Source: an uncultured delta proteobacterium
GTDB taxonomy: Bacteria > Desulfobacterota > Syntrophia > Syntrophales > UBA5619
Assembly (NCBI GenBank): GCA_963817385.1
Contig: CAWFOM010000027.1
Location: forward strand, 1 to 64,000
Length of the DNA: 64,000 nucleotides
Reading direction: 5' to 3'
Position numbers and translations under genes: made by a program. The notes beneath the pieces were generated by a model that was not told where the DNA came from, made no database searches, and saw only the letters and a program-made list of their open reading frames with translations. Positions within the stretch are counted from its first letter, which is position 1. Each line of letters opens with the position of its first letter. This document shows, piece after piece, positions 10,507 through 21,850 of this stretch.

Positions 10507-11443
10507 ATTCAAGGTCGGCCTCTTCATCACGATCACCACCCTGCTGATCATGGCCTCCATCGGGTATGTCTTCTACAAGAAGGGCATCTTCGCCCCGGTC
10601 CACACCTACACCCTCTCCTCGAAGACGGGCGAGAGCCTGACGGAAGGGATGCCGGTCGTCTTTGGCGGCATCGTCATCGGCCGGGTCAACTCGACGGAGT
10701 TGGACGAACAGGGGACGGTTATCATCCGGATCAAGATCCCGGAGCGTTACAACCGGGTGATTCGTGCCGACAGCAAGTTCGTCATCGAAAAACCGCTTCT
10801 CGGGGCTTCGCGGATCGTCGTCACGACGGGCAACCTCCAAGGGCCTCCCCTTTCGCCCGCAACCGTTTCGGAGATCACCGCGACCAGTGACATCAATGAA
10901 ATCATCCAGCGGGCGCGGCCGATCGTCGACAAGGCGGATCGAATCATGGAAAGCGTGGCCCAGATCACCGAGAACCTGGCCGACCCGAACGGCGAGGTAC
11001 GGCAGATACTGAAGGACGCAGAAACGGTGACCTCCCGGTTCTCCAAAAAGGAATCGATCCTGGAGATGGCTGTCGGCGATCCGGAGAGCATCCGGGCGAT
11101 TCATGCAACCCTGCGAAAACTAGGGGACATCTCCGTTCGGGCCGATTCGATTCTCGCCAAGGCGGAGACGCTGACGGGAAAGACCGGCGAGGAGATCTAC
11201 GGCCCCGACGGCGTCCTTCCCCTTTTCCGGGACATCCTCCGCGATCTGCTCGCGAAGCTTGCGAAGCTTGACGTTACCCTGGACAACATCAACCGGGTCA
11301 GCGGTGAGGCCGCCGATTCCACGAAGGATCTGAAGGCGCTCCGGAGCGAGATCGATGCTGTGATCATCGCCATTGGCGATCTGGTGGCCGAAGTGGATCG
11401 GAAGATCCCCTTCAAGTCGAAGCCGGAGATCAAACTGCCATGA
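10490..11443 (+). CDS. mlaD: MlaD/MCE family protein
   Basis: KVGLF N-terminal TM; MCE motifs LTEGMPVVFGGIVIGRV and KPLLG; long helical tail. Confidence 0.88.
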   Translation: MSQKLEFKVGLFITITTLLIMASIGYVFYKKGIFAPVHTYTLSSKTGESLTEGMPVVFGGIVIGRVNSTELDEQGTVIIRIKIPERYNRVIRADSKFVIEKPLLGASRIVVTTGNLQGPPLSPATVSEITATSDINEIIQRARPIVDKADRIMESVAQITENLADPNGEVRQILKDAETVTSRFSKKESILEMAVGDPESIRAIHATLRKLGDISVRADSILAKAETLTGKTGEEIYGPDGVLPLFRDILRDLLAKLAKLDVTLDNINRVSGEAADSTKDLKALRSEIDAVIIAIGDLVAEVDRKIPFKSKPEIKLP

Positions 11444-12102
11444 GGAAGATCCTCTGCCTGCTGTCCTTTCTTCTGTTGCTGACCGGCTGCGGCCCCAAGC
11501 CGATCCCGTGGCTTATGGAGGCGCATCAGCGGTTGGAGGACTTCAAAGTGGATTTTCTGACCGGCCGAGCGCCGGTCGTCACGGAGATGCATTTTCGGAA
11601 GGCCGTCGAAGAGATCAAGAAAAGCGGGGATCTCGACCTCCTGGGGAAGGCCTGGCTGACGCGGATGGCCCTGCAGGCAGCCGTTCTGGAAGAATCAGAG
11701 AAAGGTGAATATGGAAAGATAGATGCCGCATCGCCCTCTCCTGCAAACAGAAATTTTTATCTCTTCCTCACCGGTAAGTTAGGCAAGGTGGACGACGCGC
11801 TCCTGCCTAGGCAATACCGTCCGTTTCTGAAGGCTCTCCAGAACGAAGACACTGTGGTGATAGTCAGGAGGATCAGGGAGATCGGTGATCCCCTCTCTCG
11901 ACTGATTGCGGCGGGCCTTGTGGTGCGCAGCGGCCCCGAAAATGAGTCGCTCCTCCAGGATGCGGTAGAAACCGCCTCTCAGAACGGCTGGAAGCGGGCC
12001 CTGATCGCTTGGCTCGAACGCTTGAGTCGTTTCTATGAAAAATCGGGAGAAGTCGCAAAAGCCGCAACGGTCCGCCAGCGTCTCGACCTGATCACCAAAT
12101 GA
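11440..12102 (+). CDS. Outer-membrane lipoprotein of unknown function (helical-repeat-like)
   Basis: Lipobox LLTGC; translationally coupled (ATGA overlap) to the MCE gene. Confidence 0.75.
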   Translation: MRKILCLLSFLLLLTGCGPKPIPWLMEAHQRLEDFKVDFLTGRAPVVTEMHFRKAVEEIKKSGDLDLLGKAWLTRMALQAAVLEESEKGEYGKIDAASPSPANRNFYLFLTGKLGKVDDALLPRQYRPFLKALQNEDTVVIVRRIREIGDPLSRLIAAGLVVRSGPENESLLQDAVETASQNGWKRALIAWLERLSRFYEKSGEVAKAATVRQRLDLITK

Positions 12103-12196
12103 TCTATGTACTGGATATTTATTAGGCTTATCACTATGGCTGGTCTGAAATGTTCGGGACCACCCCATTAGCGGACGCACCGTGTGCGTTTCCTTC

Positions 12197-12541
12197 TCAG
12201 CGGGTTGCCCGGCGTTTTTCAATCGTTAATTCGCGGGCCGGAATGGCGATCTTTCGTTTTTCCGGATCGGTCTGCCGGCGGTAGAGAATGGCTGTGTGAC
12301 CGATCATTCCGACCAGCTCGCTGTCGGTTTTGCCCGCAAACTCGCCGGTAATCGCCTCCTTTTGGTCTTTTTCCTTGAAGTCAGTGAACTTGACCTTGAT
12401 GAGCTCATGCCGGAAGAGGCATTCATCAATGGCCCGGATAACACCCTCCGTGATACCTTCCCTGCCGATCTGAACAACCGGCTTCAGCGAGTGGGCGAGC
12501 CCCCGTAGGTACTTCTTCTGAAATCCCTTCAGTGATGTCAT
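12197..12541 (-). CDS. yhbY: YhbY/CRM-domain RNA-binding protein
   Basis: LKGFQKKYLRGLAHSLKPVVQIG...HELIKVK...IGHTAILYR. Confidence 0.92.
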   Translation of the reverse strand: MTSLKGFQKKYLRGLAHSLKPVVQIGREGITEGVIRAIDECLFRHELIKVKFTDFKEKDQKEAITGEFAGKTDSELVGMIGHTAILYRRQTDPEKRKIAIPARELTIEKRRATR

Positions 12542-12549
12542 GTCTATCC

Positions 12550-13236
12550 CTATTTGATCTTGGCAAGTTGCGTCCAACTCGTCATGTTCCAGGAATGATC
12601 GACAACCGTACCCGCCGCGCGCGGTTGAAGACCGCATTTGCGTGCAAAATAATGGTGGAAGGCGAGGCACCCCGTCAACTCCGGATGAAAGACCGTTACC
12701 AGGATATCCGGCGATTCGGCGGCTGCGATAAAATCGTCCATCCGGAGGAGGATCTCCACTCCCGCCCCCACTTGAAGGATTTTGGGTGCGCGAATGAAAG
12801 TGAGCGGCACGGGATCCGGTGAAATCCGCGGGATGGAGGCCTCGCAGGCAAAACTGTCGAGCTGACTTCCGAAACCGTTCCTCTGGACCTCGATATCGAT
12901 GAGCCCCAGATGCGGCTCTTCCCCGGTGAGCGAGCGCGCGAGGAGGATCGCCCCAGCGCAGGTTCCCCAGAGCTTCATCCCTTCATGGAACTTTTGGATG
13001 ATGACGGGTTCGATGTCAAAAATCCGGAGCAGCCGTGCGAGGCAGGTGCTCTCGCCGCCGGGCAGGATCAGGCCGGCCAATCCTTCGAAATCTTCAGTCT
13101 GCTTGACAGGCCGGGCGTCGATGCCGAGGCGCCGGAGATGGTCGAGGTGTTCGCAGACACCGCCCTGAAGATCCAGGACGCCAATGGCGTGACCGGCTAT
13201 GGATGGGGGAACGGTCTTTTCCTCTGTGCCACTCAT
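12550..13236 (-). CDS. pdxT: Pyridoxal 5'-phosphate synthase, glutaminase subunit
   Basis: Motifs LPGGEST, GTCAG, RNGFGSQ, FIRAP and FHPE. Confidence 0.95.
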   Translation of the reverse strand: MSGTEEKTVPPSIAGHAIGVLDLQGGVCEHLDHLRRLGIDARPVKQTEDFEGLAGLILPGGESTCLARLLRIFDIEPVIIQKFHEGMKLWGTCAGAILLARSLTGEEPHLGLIDIEVQRNGFGSQLDSFACEASIPRISPDPVPLTFIRAPKILQVGAGVEILLRMDDFIAAAESPDILVTVFHPELTGCLAFHHYFARKCGLQPRAAGTVVDHSWNMTSWTQLAKIK

Positions 13237-13258
13237 GGAATCGGTCCCGAAGCCCTCG

Positions 13259-14140
13259 CTACCAGCCGCGTCCGGCGAGAAGCTGTTCCTTGGGGATCGA
13301 AGCGATCTCGAGTCCCGGCATTGCTTCTCCAAGTCCCATGGAGGCCTCGAGGACCTTGGCCGGATCGTTGAAATAGGCAGTCGCTTTGACGATCGCCCGT
13401 GCGCGCACGGCGGGGGTAGCCGATTTGAAGATCCCGGAACCGACAAAGATCCCGTCGCATCCCAATTGCATCATCAGTGCCGCATCGGCCGGCGTCGCGA
13501 TTCCGCCTGCGGCGAAGTTGACCACCGGCAGACGGCCGAGCTCCTTGACTTTCAGGGCGAGTTCATAGGGGATGCCGTTAGCCTTGGCGAATCCTGTCAC
13601 CTCCTCCAGCGGCATGGCGGCCAGCTGGCGGATCTCCCGGTTCATCGTCCTCATATGGCGGACGGCCTCGACGACATTGCCCGTGCCGGCCTCGCCCTTG
13701 GTGCGGATCATCGCCGCCCCTTCGGCGATCCGTCGAACGGCTTCCCCAAGGTTCCGGGCGCCGCAGACGAAGGGGATGGAAAACCGGGTCTTGTCGATGT
13801 GGCACTCCTCATCGGCGGGGGTGAGGACCTCGCTCTCGTCGATGTAGTCGATCTTCAGGGCCTCGAGGATCTGCGCCTCCACGAAGTGGCCGATCCGAGC
13901 CTTCGCCATGACCGGAATGGAGACCGCCTTTTTGATCGCGGCGATCATCGCAGGGTCCGACATCCGGGCGACACCGCCGTCCCGCCGGATATCCGCCGGT
14001 ACCCTCTCCAGGGCCATGACTGCCACGGCGCCCGCTTCTTCTGCAATCTTTGCCTGTTCCACGTTGGTCACATCCATGATGACGCCGCCCTTGAGCATCT
14101 GCGCCAGCTGGACATTCAGTTCATATCTTTTTGCATCCAC
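13259..14140 (-). CDS. pdxS: Pyridoxal 5'-phosphate synthase, lyase subunit
   Basis: Motifs [22 protein letters not shown] and [19 protein letters not shown]. Confidence 0.97.
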   Translation of the reverse strand: MDAKRYELNVQLAQMLKGGVIMDVTNVEQAKIAEEAGAVAVMALERVPADIRRDGGVARMSDPAMIAAIKKAVSIPVMAKARIGHFVEAQILEALKIDYIDESEVLTPADEECHIDKTRFSIPFVCGARNLGEAVRRIAEGAAMIRTKGEAGTGNVVEAVRHMRTMNREIRQLAAMPLEEVTGFAKANGIPYELALKVKELGRLPVVNFAAGGIATPADAALMMQLGCDGIFVGSGIFKSATPAVRARAIVKATAYFNDPAKVLEASMGLGEAMPGLEIASIPKEQLLAGRGW

Positions 14141-14238
14141 GATATATCGCCTCCCTGAGGGTAGTGTTGATTATCTCTTTTCATCCTTATGCATTTAATA
14201 GTGCGACGTCAAGGACAATTATCAAGAGGCCCATCCTT

Positions 14239-15019
14239 CTACCAGTACCGGCGCGTCTTCACGTCGCGGCCGTGCAGAAATTCCTTGATCTCCGCAATAG
14301 TAAAGGACCGGTAATGGACCATTGAGGCGATCAGGGCGGCGTCCGCCTGCCCCCGCGTAAGGACGTCAAGGAGGTGCTCCGGGCGTCCCGCGCCGCCGGA
14401 GGCGATCACCGGGATCCGGACATTGCCCGATATCAGCGCCGTCAGGGAGATCTCGTAGCCGTCCTGGGTTCCGTCGGCGTCGATGGAGTTGAGGCAGATC
14501 TCCCCGGCGCCGAGCCGCTCCGCCTCCTTCGCCCACCAGAGGGCGTCGATGCCGGTCGGGGTCCTCCCGCCGTGGATGACCATCTCATAACCGGAAGGGA
14601 CCTCAGGAGATGGATGAATTCTCTTGACGTCCATGCCCAGGACGATACACTGGCTGCCGAATGCCCTTGCCCCCTCGGCGATGAGGGGAGGATTCTTCAC
14701 CGCCTCCGTGTTGACGCTGACCTTCTCTGCGCCGGCGAGGATCACCCGGCGCATGTCCTCGACCGTCCGGATGCCGCCCCCCACGGAAAAGGGGATGAAG
14801 ATCGTCTCGGCCACCCTGCGGACGACATCGATCATGATCGCGCGCCCCTCGGCGGAGGCGGTGATGTCGTAGAAGACGATCTCGTCCGCCCCCTGCTCGT
14901 AGTACGAGCGCGCCGCCTCGACCGGATCGCCGATGTCGATATTCCCCTGAAATTTTACACCCTTTCGTCAGCTTTCCCGCCCGGACATCGAGACAGGGAA
15001 TGATCCGTTTACTGAGCAT
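14239..15019 (-). CDS. hisF: Imidazole glycerol phosphate synthase cyclase subunit (one-base insertion near 14960)
   Basis: [12 protein letters not shown] joins ...[10 protein letters not shown]...IASGGAG once one G is removed from AAAGGGTGTA. Confidence 0.9.
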
Positions 15020-15644
15020 GATTCCCTCCCCAGCGGCAGAAGTTCGCGAGTATTGCCAGTCCCGGCCGGCCGCTCTTCTCCGGGTGGAACTGGACGGCGA
15101 CGAGGTTTCCCCGCGCCACGGCGGCGCAGAAGCGAATCCCGTAGTCGGTCCACCCTATCGCCCATCTCTGGTCGGACGGTTCCGGATAATAGGCGTGGAC
15201 GAAGTAGAATTCCGCCTCTTCCGGGATACCAGCAAAAACCGGGTGTTCATTCGTGAACGCGACACGGTTCCATCCCATATGGGGGATCTTCAACCGCCGG
15301 TCGCCGGCCCTGAGATCGGCAGGGAAGCGTCGGACGGAACCGGGAACGATGCCGAGGCAGGGAGTGTCATCCTCCTCGCTGGTGTCGAAGATCACCTGGG
15401 TGCCGAGGCAGATCCCCAGGACCGGTCTTCCCTCCCGCACCCATCTCCGCAGATGTTGATCCAGACCGCTTTCACGGAGATTCGCCATCGCCGCACCGGC
15501 GGCTCCGACACCGGGAAAGATGATGTGGCTGGCATCATCCAATTTCCGGTAGTCTTGCGTAATGATGCACGGCTCCTTTAGGTATTCCAGCGCCCGGGCC
15601 ACGCTGGTCAGATTTCCCGCCCGGTAATCCACGATGCCGATCAT
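15009..15644 (-). CDS. hisH: Imidazole glycerol phosphate synthase glutaminase subunit
   Basis: Motifs DYRAGNL, PGVG, LGICLG, PHMGWN and QFHPEKS. Confidence 0.95.
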   Translation of the reverse strand: MIGIVDYRAGNLTSVARALEYLKEPCIITQDYRKLDDASHIIFPGVGAAGAAMANLRESGLDQHLRRWVREGRPVLGICLGTQVIFDTSEEDDTPCLGIVPGSVRRFPADLRAGDRRLKIPHMGWNRVAFTNEHPVFAGIPEEAEFYFVHAYYPEPSDQRWAIGWTDYGIRFCAAVARGNLVAVQFHPEKSGRPGLAILANFCRWGGNHAQ

Positions 15645-16603
15645 GTTTCTTCTCCGTATCTCTTCCCCTGCCAGCTTCCTCTCACTTCCAGTTCGCGGTC
15701 GATCGCATTGAGGACGGCGAGCTTGTTTGCCGCCCATGCCGGACCGAGAAAAATCTCCCGGTAGCCGTCGGCCGTCAGCCGCTGAATAACCATCTCCGGC
15801 GGCAGGGCCTCCAGGATATCGCAGACGGTCCCGACATACTCCTCCCGGGTCATGAGGCCTACCTCTCCCCTGCTGTACTGTTCACCGAGCGGCGTCCCCT
15901 TGAGGGCGAGGAGGCTGTGGATCTTGATGCCCCCGATGGGGAGTCCGGCGATCACCCGCGCTGTTTCCAGAATGTCCTCGTGCGATTCGTCCGGCAAACC
16001 CACGATGATATGAGCGCAGATCTGTATCGGACCGCCGCCTGCCCTCCTGACGGCATCGATGAACGCCGCCGCGTCATGGCCCCGGTTGATCGCCCGGAGC
16101 GTCCGGTCATGGATCGACTGGAGACCGAACTCCAGCCATACGTGATGCCGCTCTGCATAAGCGCGAATCAGGGCGAGCGCCTCGTCGGAAATGCAGTCCG
16201 GGCGAGTTCCGATAGAAAGGCCGATCACGTCCGCCTCGGCGAGGGCCTCGTCGTAGAGCGCCCGGAGCCTCTTCACCGGCCCGTACGTGTTCGTGAAGGT
16301 CTGGAAGTAGGCGATGAACTTCTCCGCCTTCGGCCGCTTCCGGTAATACGCCCTTCCCCGGCGGAGCTGCTCGCCGACGGAGGGGAGCTCTCCCGCCTGA
16401 CGGAGCGCCGATCCGCGCCCGTCGCAGTAGGTGCATCCCCCTTCGGCGATGCTTCCATCCCGGTTCGGGCAGGTGAAGCCGGCATCGATCGGGAGCTTGT
16501 GAACCCGGCAGCCGAAGCGGTTCACCCAGTAGCTCTTCAGATCGTAATACCGCTTCGCGTTGTTCCAGAAGGCCGGTTTCGGCACGGCGACCTCTTTTTT
16601 CAT
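15641..16603 (-). CDS. TIGR01212/YhcC family radical SAM protein
   Basis: Motifs GFTCPNRDG...GCTYC, YFQTFTNTY, IGTRPDC and INRGH. Confidence 0.9.
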   Translation of the reverse strand: MKKEVAVPKPAFWNNAKRYYDLKSYWVNRFGCRVHKLPIDAGFTCPNRDGSIAEGGCTYCDGRGSALRQAGELPSVGEQLRRGRAYYRKRPKAEKFIAYFQTFTNTYGPVKRLRALYDEALAEADVIGLSIGTRPDCISDEALALIRAYAERHHVWLEFGLQSIHDRTLRAINRGHDAAAFIDAVRRAGGGPIQICAHIIVGLPDESHEDILETARVIAGLPIGGIKIHSLLALKGTPLGEQYSRGEVGLMTREEYVGTVCDILEALPPEMVIQRLTADGYREIFLGPAWAANKLAVLNAIDRELEVRGSWQGKRYGEET

Positions 16604-16743
16604 TGAGTTTTCCTTGTTGATCATATTAGATTGGCTCAGGAACTGCAAGGGATGAAAAGGCGAAATCCCGTCCGTTGCCCTTACCGGAGAGTGGCTGTTA
16701 CACTTCCCGATGGGGAGGGGTGACCCTATTGTGGAGGTTTGCG

Positions 16744-18624
16744 TTGAGTCGGGAATATGACATCATCGTCGTCGGGGGCGGCCATGCGGGCTGCGAGGCG
16801 GCTCTTGCGGCGGCGCGGATGGGGTGCGAGACGCTTCTGTTCAACATCAACCTCGATTCCATCGCGCTCATGTCCTGCAACCCGGCGATCGGGGGCCTTG
16901 CCAAGAGCCAGCTCGTTAAGGAGGTTGACGCCCTGGGGGGCCAGATGGGGAGGATCGCCGACCGGACCGCTGTCCATTTCCGGCTTCTCAACGCCTCCAA
17001 AGGGCCGGCCGTCCAGTCCACCCGCTTCCAGTGCGACAAGCAGCTCTACCGACTTGCGATGAAGTCCGTCGTGGAGAAGGAGCCGCGACTCCATCTGAGG
17101 CAGGGCTTGGTTGAGGGTCTCGTTATCGAAGACGGACGGATCCGCGGCGTCATCGATCAGACCGGCATCTTCCACGGCGGCCGGGCCGTGGTCCTCACCA
17201 CGGGGACCTTCCTCGGCGGCCTCATCCACATCGGGGACATCAGCTATCCGGCGGGCCGGGCCGGCGAAATCGCCTCTCTGGAGCTGTCCGCTTCCTTGAA
17301 GGCGCTCGGTTTCGAGATGGGACGGATGAAGACGGGGACGCCCCCCAGGCTTCGCGCCTCGACGGTCGATTTCGCACGCCTCGTCCGACAGGACAGCGAT
17401 CCCGATCCGGAGCCCTTCTCCTTTACCACGGAAAAGCTGCGCGAGGAGCGCCTCCCCTCCTTCTTTTCGGCGACGACGGCGGAGACCCACTGCCTCATCC
17501 GCGACAACATCCGCTTCTCCCCCCTCTATGCCGGGATTATCAAGGGGGTGGGCGCGCGATACTGCCCCTCTCTCGAGGATAAGGTGATGCGGTTTACCGA
17601 CAAAGAGAGCCATCCGGTCGTCCTCGAACAGGAAGGGCTGGAGACAGAGGAGATATACGCAAAAGGACTGGGGAATTCTCTTCCGCCGGAACTGCAGGAA
17701 AGGATCGTCCACAGCGTTCCGGGGCTCGAACAAGCGGAAATCATGCGTCTCGCCTACGCTATCGAATATGATTTCGTTCAGCCGACCGAACTTCGTCGGA
17801 CGCTGGAGGCGAAACGAATTAAAGGACTCTATCTGGCCGGGCAGATCAACGGCACCTCCGGTTATGAGGAAGCGGCCGCCCAGGGGTTCTGGGCGGGAGT
17901 CAACGCCGCCCTGGCGATCCAGGGGAGACCTCCCTTTATCCTGGACAGGTCCGAGGCCTACATGGGGGTGATGGTGGATGATCTGGTGACGCGCGGCGTC
18001 GACGAGCCCTACCGGATGTTTACTTCCCGCGCCGAGTACCGGCTGATCCTCCGGGAGGACAACGCCACGATCCGCCTCATGGGGAAAGGCCGCGAACTTG
18101 GTCTGATCACGGAAGAGCAGCATGCGCGCCTGCGGGAAAAGGTCCGTCAGGTGGAAACAGGCGTCCGGCGGCTCTCTTCCGTCAGGATCTTTCCGATTGT
18201 GGATATCAACAAAACCCTCGCGGAGCTTCACTCGCCACCGATCCGGAACCCGGTGACCCTCTTCCAGCTCCTCAAGCGGAGCGAGCTTGGCTACGACGAT
18301 CTTTCCCGCTTCGAAGGATGGGAGCAGGTAGCCGATCGGGCGGTTAAAAGGCAGATCGAGATCGAGGCGAAGTACGAGGGATATATCCTGCGACAGCGTG
18401 ACCTTGTCTTGAAGATGAAGGAACTCGAGGAGATGAAAATTCCGGTGGGCTTCGATTACACCGCCGTTCCGGGACTCTCCAACGAGCTCAAGGGTAAACT
18501 TTCCCGTGTGGAGCCGTCCACGGTCGGCCAGGCGGAACGCATCCCGGGGATGACACAGGCCGCCCTCACGGCGATCCTCATCGTAATCAAGAAGCGCGAG
18601 TTGGAGGCGGCCCGAATGAGATGA
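16744..18624 (+). CDS. mnmG: tRNA uridine 5-carboxymethylaminomethyl modification enzyme
   Basis: Motifs [45 protein letters not shown] and [16 protein letters not shown] start after GGAGG. Confidence 0.97.
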   Translation: MSREYDIIVVGGGHAGCEAALAAARMGCETLLFNINLDSIALMSCNPAIGGLAKSQLVKEVDALGGQMGRIADRTAVHFRLLNASKGPAVQSTRFQCDKQLYRLAMKSVVEKEPRLHLRQGLVEGLVIEDGRIRGVIDQTGIFHGGRAVVLTTGTFLGGLIHIGDISYPAGRAGEIASLELSASLKALGFEMGRMKTGTPPRLRASTVDFARLVRQDSDPDPEPFSFTTEKLREERLPSFFSATTAETHCLIRDNIRFSPLYAGIIKGVGARYCPSLEDKVMRFTDKESHPVVLEQEGLETEEIYAKGLGNSLPPELQERIVHSVPGLEQAEIMRLAYAIEYDFVQPTELRRTLEAKRIKGLYLAGQINGTSGYEEAAAQGFWAGVNAALAIQGRPPFILDRSEAYMGVMVDDLVTRGVDEPYRMFTSRAEYRLILREDNATIRLMGKGRELGLITEEQHARLREKVRQVETGVRRLSSVRIFPIVDINKTLAELHSPPIRNPVTLFQLLKRSELGYDDLSRFEGWEQVADRAVKRQIEIEAKYEGYILRQRDLVLKMKELEEMKIPVGFDYTAVPGLSNELKGKLSRVEPSTVGQAERIPGMTQAALTAILIVIKKRELEAARMR

Positions 18625-18771
18625 GCAACCGGCCAAAACGGTCTTGTATGCAGCCGGGAAGATTCATGATACAAATAACTACTTCGGAGGTACGTGGCGC
18701 GGTGGTGAAGAGGTTAACCATGCTGATGTATTACCGATTTAGTTTATTGAGCGTGACCGGAAGGGATTTTT

Positions 18772-19662
18772 ATGGAAGAAGCCCTGCAAAATGTCCTTGC
18801 GATGTTCCTGATCATGATGGCGTCCTACGTCCTCATGAAGAAGGAGCCTTACCCGGTAGAGGTGGTCAACAACCTCGTTTTCCATTTCTTTCTGCCGGTG
18901 ACGACCTTTTATTCCATCGCCCGCCTACAAGAGATCCCGGCCGGAGATCTGTTGCTCTTGACGGCTACCGGATTTATCACCCTATACGCTACGTACCTCA
19001 TTGCAATCCTCATCGCATGGATGTGCGGCCTCAAGGATCAATTCCGAAAAACCTTTCTCCTGGGAGCAACGTACGGTAATCAGGTCTTTCTGGGGGTTCC
19101 CGTCTGTTATGCATTCTTGGGCGAACGGGGAACGGTCCCGGCCCTGTTCTTCGCCCTCGGCGGTTACTGCTTCCTTTACGGGGCGGGGACTTACATCATG
19201 ACCGGCCGCGTTACACCAGGCGCTGTTTTCAAAAACCCCCTCATCATGACGATGGTTGCGGGTATTGTATGTGTAGTGCTCCGTTTCCCCCTGCCCTCCC
19301 TTCTGTCGCATACCTTCTCCCTGATGAACGCGGCGACCTTCCCCCTTGCAATGATAGTGGTGGGCGGCGGGCTGAAATTGCGATTTTTTATCGACTCGGG
19401 CAGAATGGTGCCTACATTGTACGCGTCCGGCATCAAATTGATCATTTCGCCATTCGTAACCTGGGTGGTCTGTCTGGCGCTGGGCCTGACTCAAAATCAA
19501 CGGGAGATCTGTGTCTTGCAGTCGGCAATGCCGACTGCCGTCCTTGTCACCATTTTTTCAGTGAAGTACGAAGCCGATCCCGTTTTCAGCAATGCTATTG
19601 TCTCCCTTACGACGCTTGCCGGCATGGGGACGATCACCGCGCTGTTCCTTCTGATGAAGTAA
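18772..19662 (+). CDS. AEC (auxin efflux carrier) family transporter
   Basis: About 10 TM segments; motifs YGNQVFLGVP, KNPLI and QSAMPTAV. Confidence 0.88.
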   Translation: MEEALQNVLAMFLIMMASYVLMKKEPYPVEVVNNLVFHFFLPVTTFYSIARLQEIPAGDLLLLTATGFITLYATYLIAILIAWMCGLKDQFRKTFLLGATYGNQVFLGVPVCYAFLGERGTVPALFFALGGYCFLYGAGTYIMTGRVTPGAVFKNPLIMTMVAGIVCVVLRFPLPSLLSHTFSLMNAATFPLAMIVVGGGLKLRFFIDSGRMVPTLYASGIKLIISPFVTWVVCLALGLTQNQREICVLQSAMPTAVLVTIFSVKYEADPVFSNAIVSLTTLAGMGTITALFLLMK

Positions 19663-19699
19663 GAGATTAATCCACTATGGAAGCTCTGCGCAGCAAGGT

Positions 19700-21850
19700 T
19701 CACTTTAAAAAGCATGCCGTTTCTGCCGAAGTAGCACTTGCCGCCGGCAGATAAAAACGTTCAGTATAATCTTTTACCATACGGTCTGCACTGAAACGCC
19801 AGCCGAGACTTGCAATGGCATGCTTTATCCTCTTGATCCAGTGATGCGGAAGTCCGTCTGCGTCCCTCTCATAGTAAAGGGGTATCACCTCTTTTTCGAG
19901 TGTTTCATAGAGATATTCGGCATCTCTCTGATATTGCACCTCCGAATCGTTATGCATGCCGCCATGACCGATGGCGAAACCGTTTTTCCCGTCGTATGCC
20001 TCACTCCACCAGCCGTCAAGGACGGAAAGGTTCAGCCCCCCGTTGAGAAGGACCTTCTGACCGCTGGTGCCGCATGCCTCCAACGGTCGTCGGGGAGTGT
20101 TCAGCCAGACATCCACGCCTTGAATAAGGTGCCGCGCCACGTTGTAATCATAGTTTTCAATGAAAACAACCCGTTTTCGATAGGCGCCGGTATAGCTGAA
20201 TTGCGCGATTCTTTGTAATAACCGCTTGCCATCGTCATCCCGGGGGTGGGCCTTCCCGGCAAAAATGATCTGGATCGGCCGTTGCGCATCTTCAATTAAC
20301 TTTGCCAGTCGCTCGGGCTGCGATAAAATCAGGTCCACCCGCTTATACGTTGCAAACCTTCGGGCGCAACCGATAGTGAGAACATCCGGATCAAGGATCT
20401 GATCGATTTGCTCCAGGGTCTCGCGATGGCCCAGACGCTCGGCCTGCACTTGCAGGCGTCGACGGACGAAGCGTATGAGGTGGATATTTAAATTCTGGTG
20501 TGTCTCCCATAACTCTCCATCATCAATATCCGCGATACTCCTCCACATGTCCGGGTGTGTCATTCGTGTGGACCAATCCTGTCCGAGGCGGGTCTCAAAC
20601 AGCTGGTACTGTTGAGGTGCCAGCCACGACAATATGTGTACCCCGTTGGTAATATGGCCGATAGGAACTTCTGCCTCCGGTCGATTCGGCCAGAGAGGAT
20701 TCCACATCATCCGACTGACTGTCCCATGGATTGCCGAAACGCCATTTGCCCGGCGTGAATTTTTCAACGCCAGGACCGTCATGCAGAAAGGTTCCGATCC
20801 GTCTTTCCGATTGACACGTCCCAAGGCCATAAAATCGTCGTGAGATAATCCCATTTTCTCTCGGAAGATACCGAGATGCTCTTCGATCAGCTCTGGCGAG
20901 AACCGGTCATGGCCGGCGGCCACCGGAGTATGAGTGGTAAATACCGTATTCAGCGCCACACGTCTTTGGGCGCGGTGAAACGGTATCTGGTCGTATTCCA
21001 TAATTCTTCGGATTTCTTCGAGAATGGCAAATGCACTGTGTCCCTCGTTTAAATGCAACACCCCCGGGGTAATATTTAATGCCTGTAAGATACGCGCACC
21101 GCCAATCCCCAGCAGCAGCTCCTGTCTGATGCGTAACCGATTGTCACCACCATACAGTCGGGAAGATAATTTCCGGTCTTCGGTTGAGTTCCCTTCGACG
21201 TTGGAATCCAGCAAAAACAGGGGTACCCGTCCAACCTGCAGTTGCCAGACCCGAGCCTGAAGAGAGCCGCTCCGCGTATCCATTCGTACGACGAGTGATT
21301 GTCCACTCGTATCCGTAACTCCTTGCAGCGGCAAGCTGGCGATATCGAGCTCGACGTAATCTTCTTCCTGCCAACCCTCCTTGTTCAGACGTTGACTGAA
21401 ATAACCCTGACGGTAGAGAAGACCGATTCCGATCAAAGGAATTCCCAGATCAGAGGCGCTTTTTAAGTGATCTCCAGCCAGCATGCCTAATCCGCCTGAG
21501 TAAATCGGCAGTGATTCATGGAGACCGAACTCGGCGGAAAAATAGACCACCGGCCGCTTGTGTAAATTGCCGCAATGCACGACTCCCCACGCCTCACTCC
21601 CTTCAACATACTCACGCAGGCGCCGGAAGGCATAGTTGATTCGGCTGTGGAGCACCAGTTCAGCGGCTCGTTCCTCGATTTCTTCCGGTGCGATCTGATT
21701 CAAAAAAGCGATTGGATTATGATCAACCTGACGCCAGAGGTGCGGGTTTAAGTCTCTGATAAGGCTGATGACCTCTGGATGCCATGTCCACCAAAGGTTC
21801 ATAGCCAGCGCACGGAGACGGTCATGCAGATGGTTTTTCGGAGTTGTCAT
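19700..21850 (-). CDS. glgP: Alpha-glucan (glycogen) phosphorylase
   Basis: Motifs YFSAEFGL, YSGGLG, HLNEGH, ARRFATYKR and the PLP site EACGTSGQK. Confidence 0.95.
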   Translation of the reverse strand: MTTPKNHLHDRLRALAMNLWWTWHPEVISLIRDLNPHLWRQVDHNPIAFLNQIAPEEIEERAAELVLHSRINYAFRRLREYVEGSEAWGVVHCGNLHKRPVVYFSAEFGLHESLPIYSGGLGMLAGDHLKSASDLGIPLIGIGLLYRQGYFSQRLNKEGWQEEDYVELDIASLPLQGVTDTSGQSLVVRMDTRSGSLQARVWQLQVGRVPLFLLDSNVEGNSTEDRKLSSRLYGGDNRLRIRQELLLGIGGARILQALNITPGVLHLNEGHSAFAILEEIRRIMEYDQIPFHRAQRRVALNTVFTTHTPVAAGHDRFSPELIEEHLGIFREKMGLSHDDFMALGRVNRKDGSEPFCMTVLALKNSRRANGVSAIHGTVSRMMWNPLWPNRPEAEVPIGHITNGVHILSWLAPQQYQLFETRLGQDWSTRMTHPDMWRSIADIDDGELWETHQNLNIHLIRFVRRRLQVQAERLGHRETLEQIDQILDPDVLTIGCARRFATYKRVDLILSQPERLAKLIEDAQRPIQIIFAGKAHPRDDDGKRLLQRIAQFSYTGAYRKRVVFIENYDYNVARHLIQGVDVWLNTPRRPLEACGTSGQKVLLNGGLNLSVLDGWWSEAYDGKNGFAIGHGGMHNDSEVQYQRDAEYLYETLEKEVIPLYYERDADGLPHHWIKRIKHAIASLGWRFSADRMVKDYTERFYLPAASATSAETACFLK

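Noticed and set aside
14239..15019. hisF as a pseudogene or programmed frameshift
   Set aside because: There is one extra G in a short run, the rest of the gene is intact, and the same error type recurs across the window.
16726..18636. Long antisense ORFs (636 aa here; also 25008-26747, 26629-28191, 28495-30402, 34246-35736, 48062-49441, 55601-57361, 57358-59016)
   Set aside because: They lie opposite well-supported genes, lack motifs and RBSs, and are the expected shadow frames of high-GC3 coding DNA.
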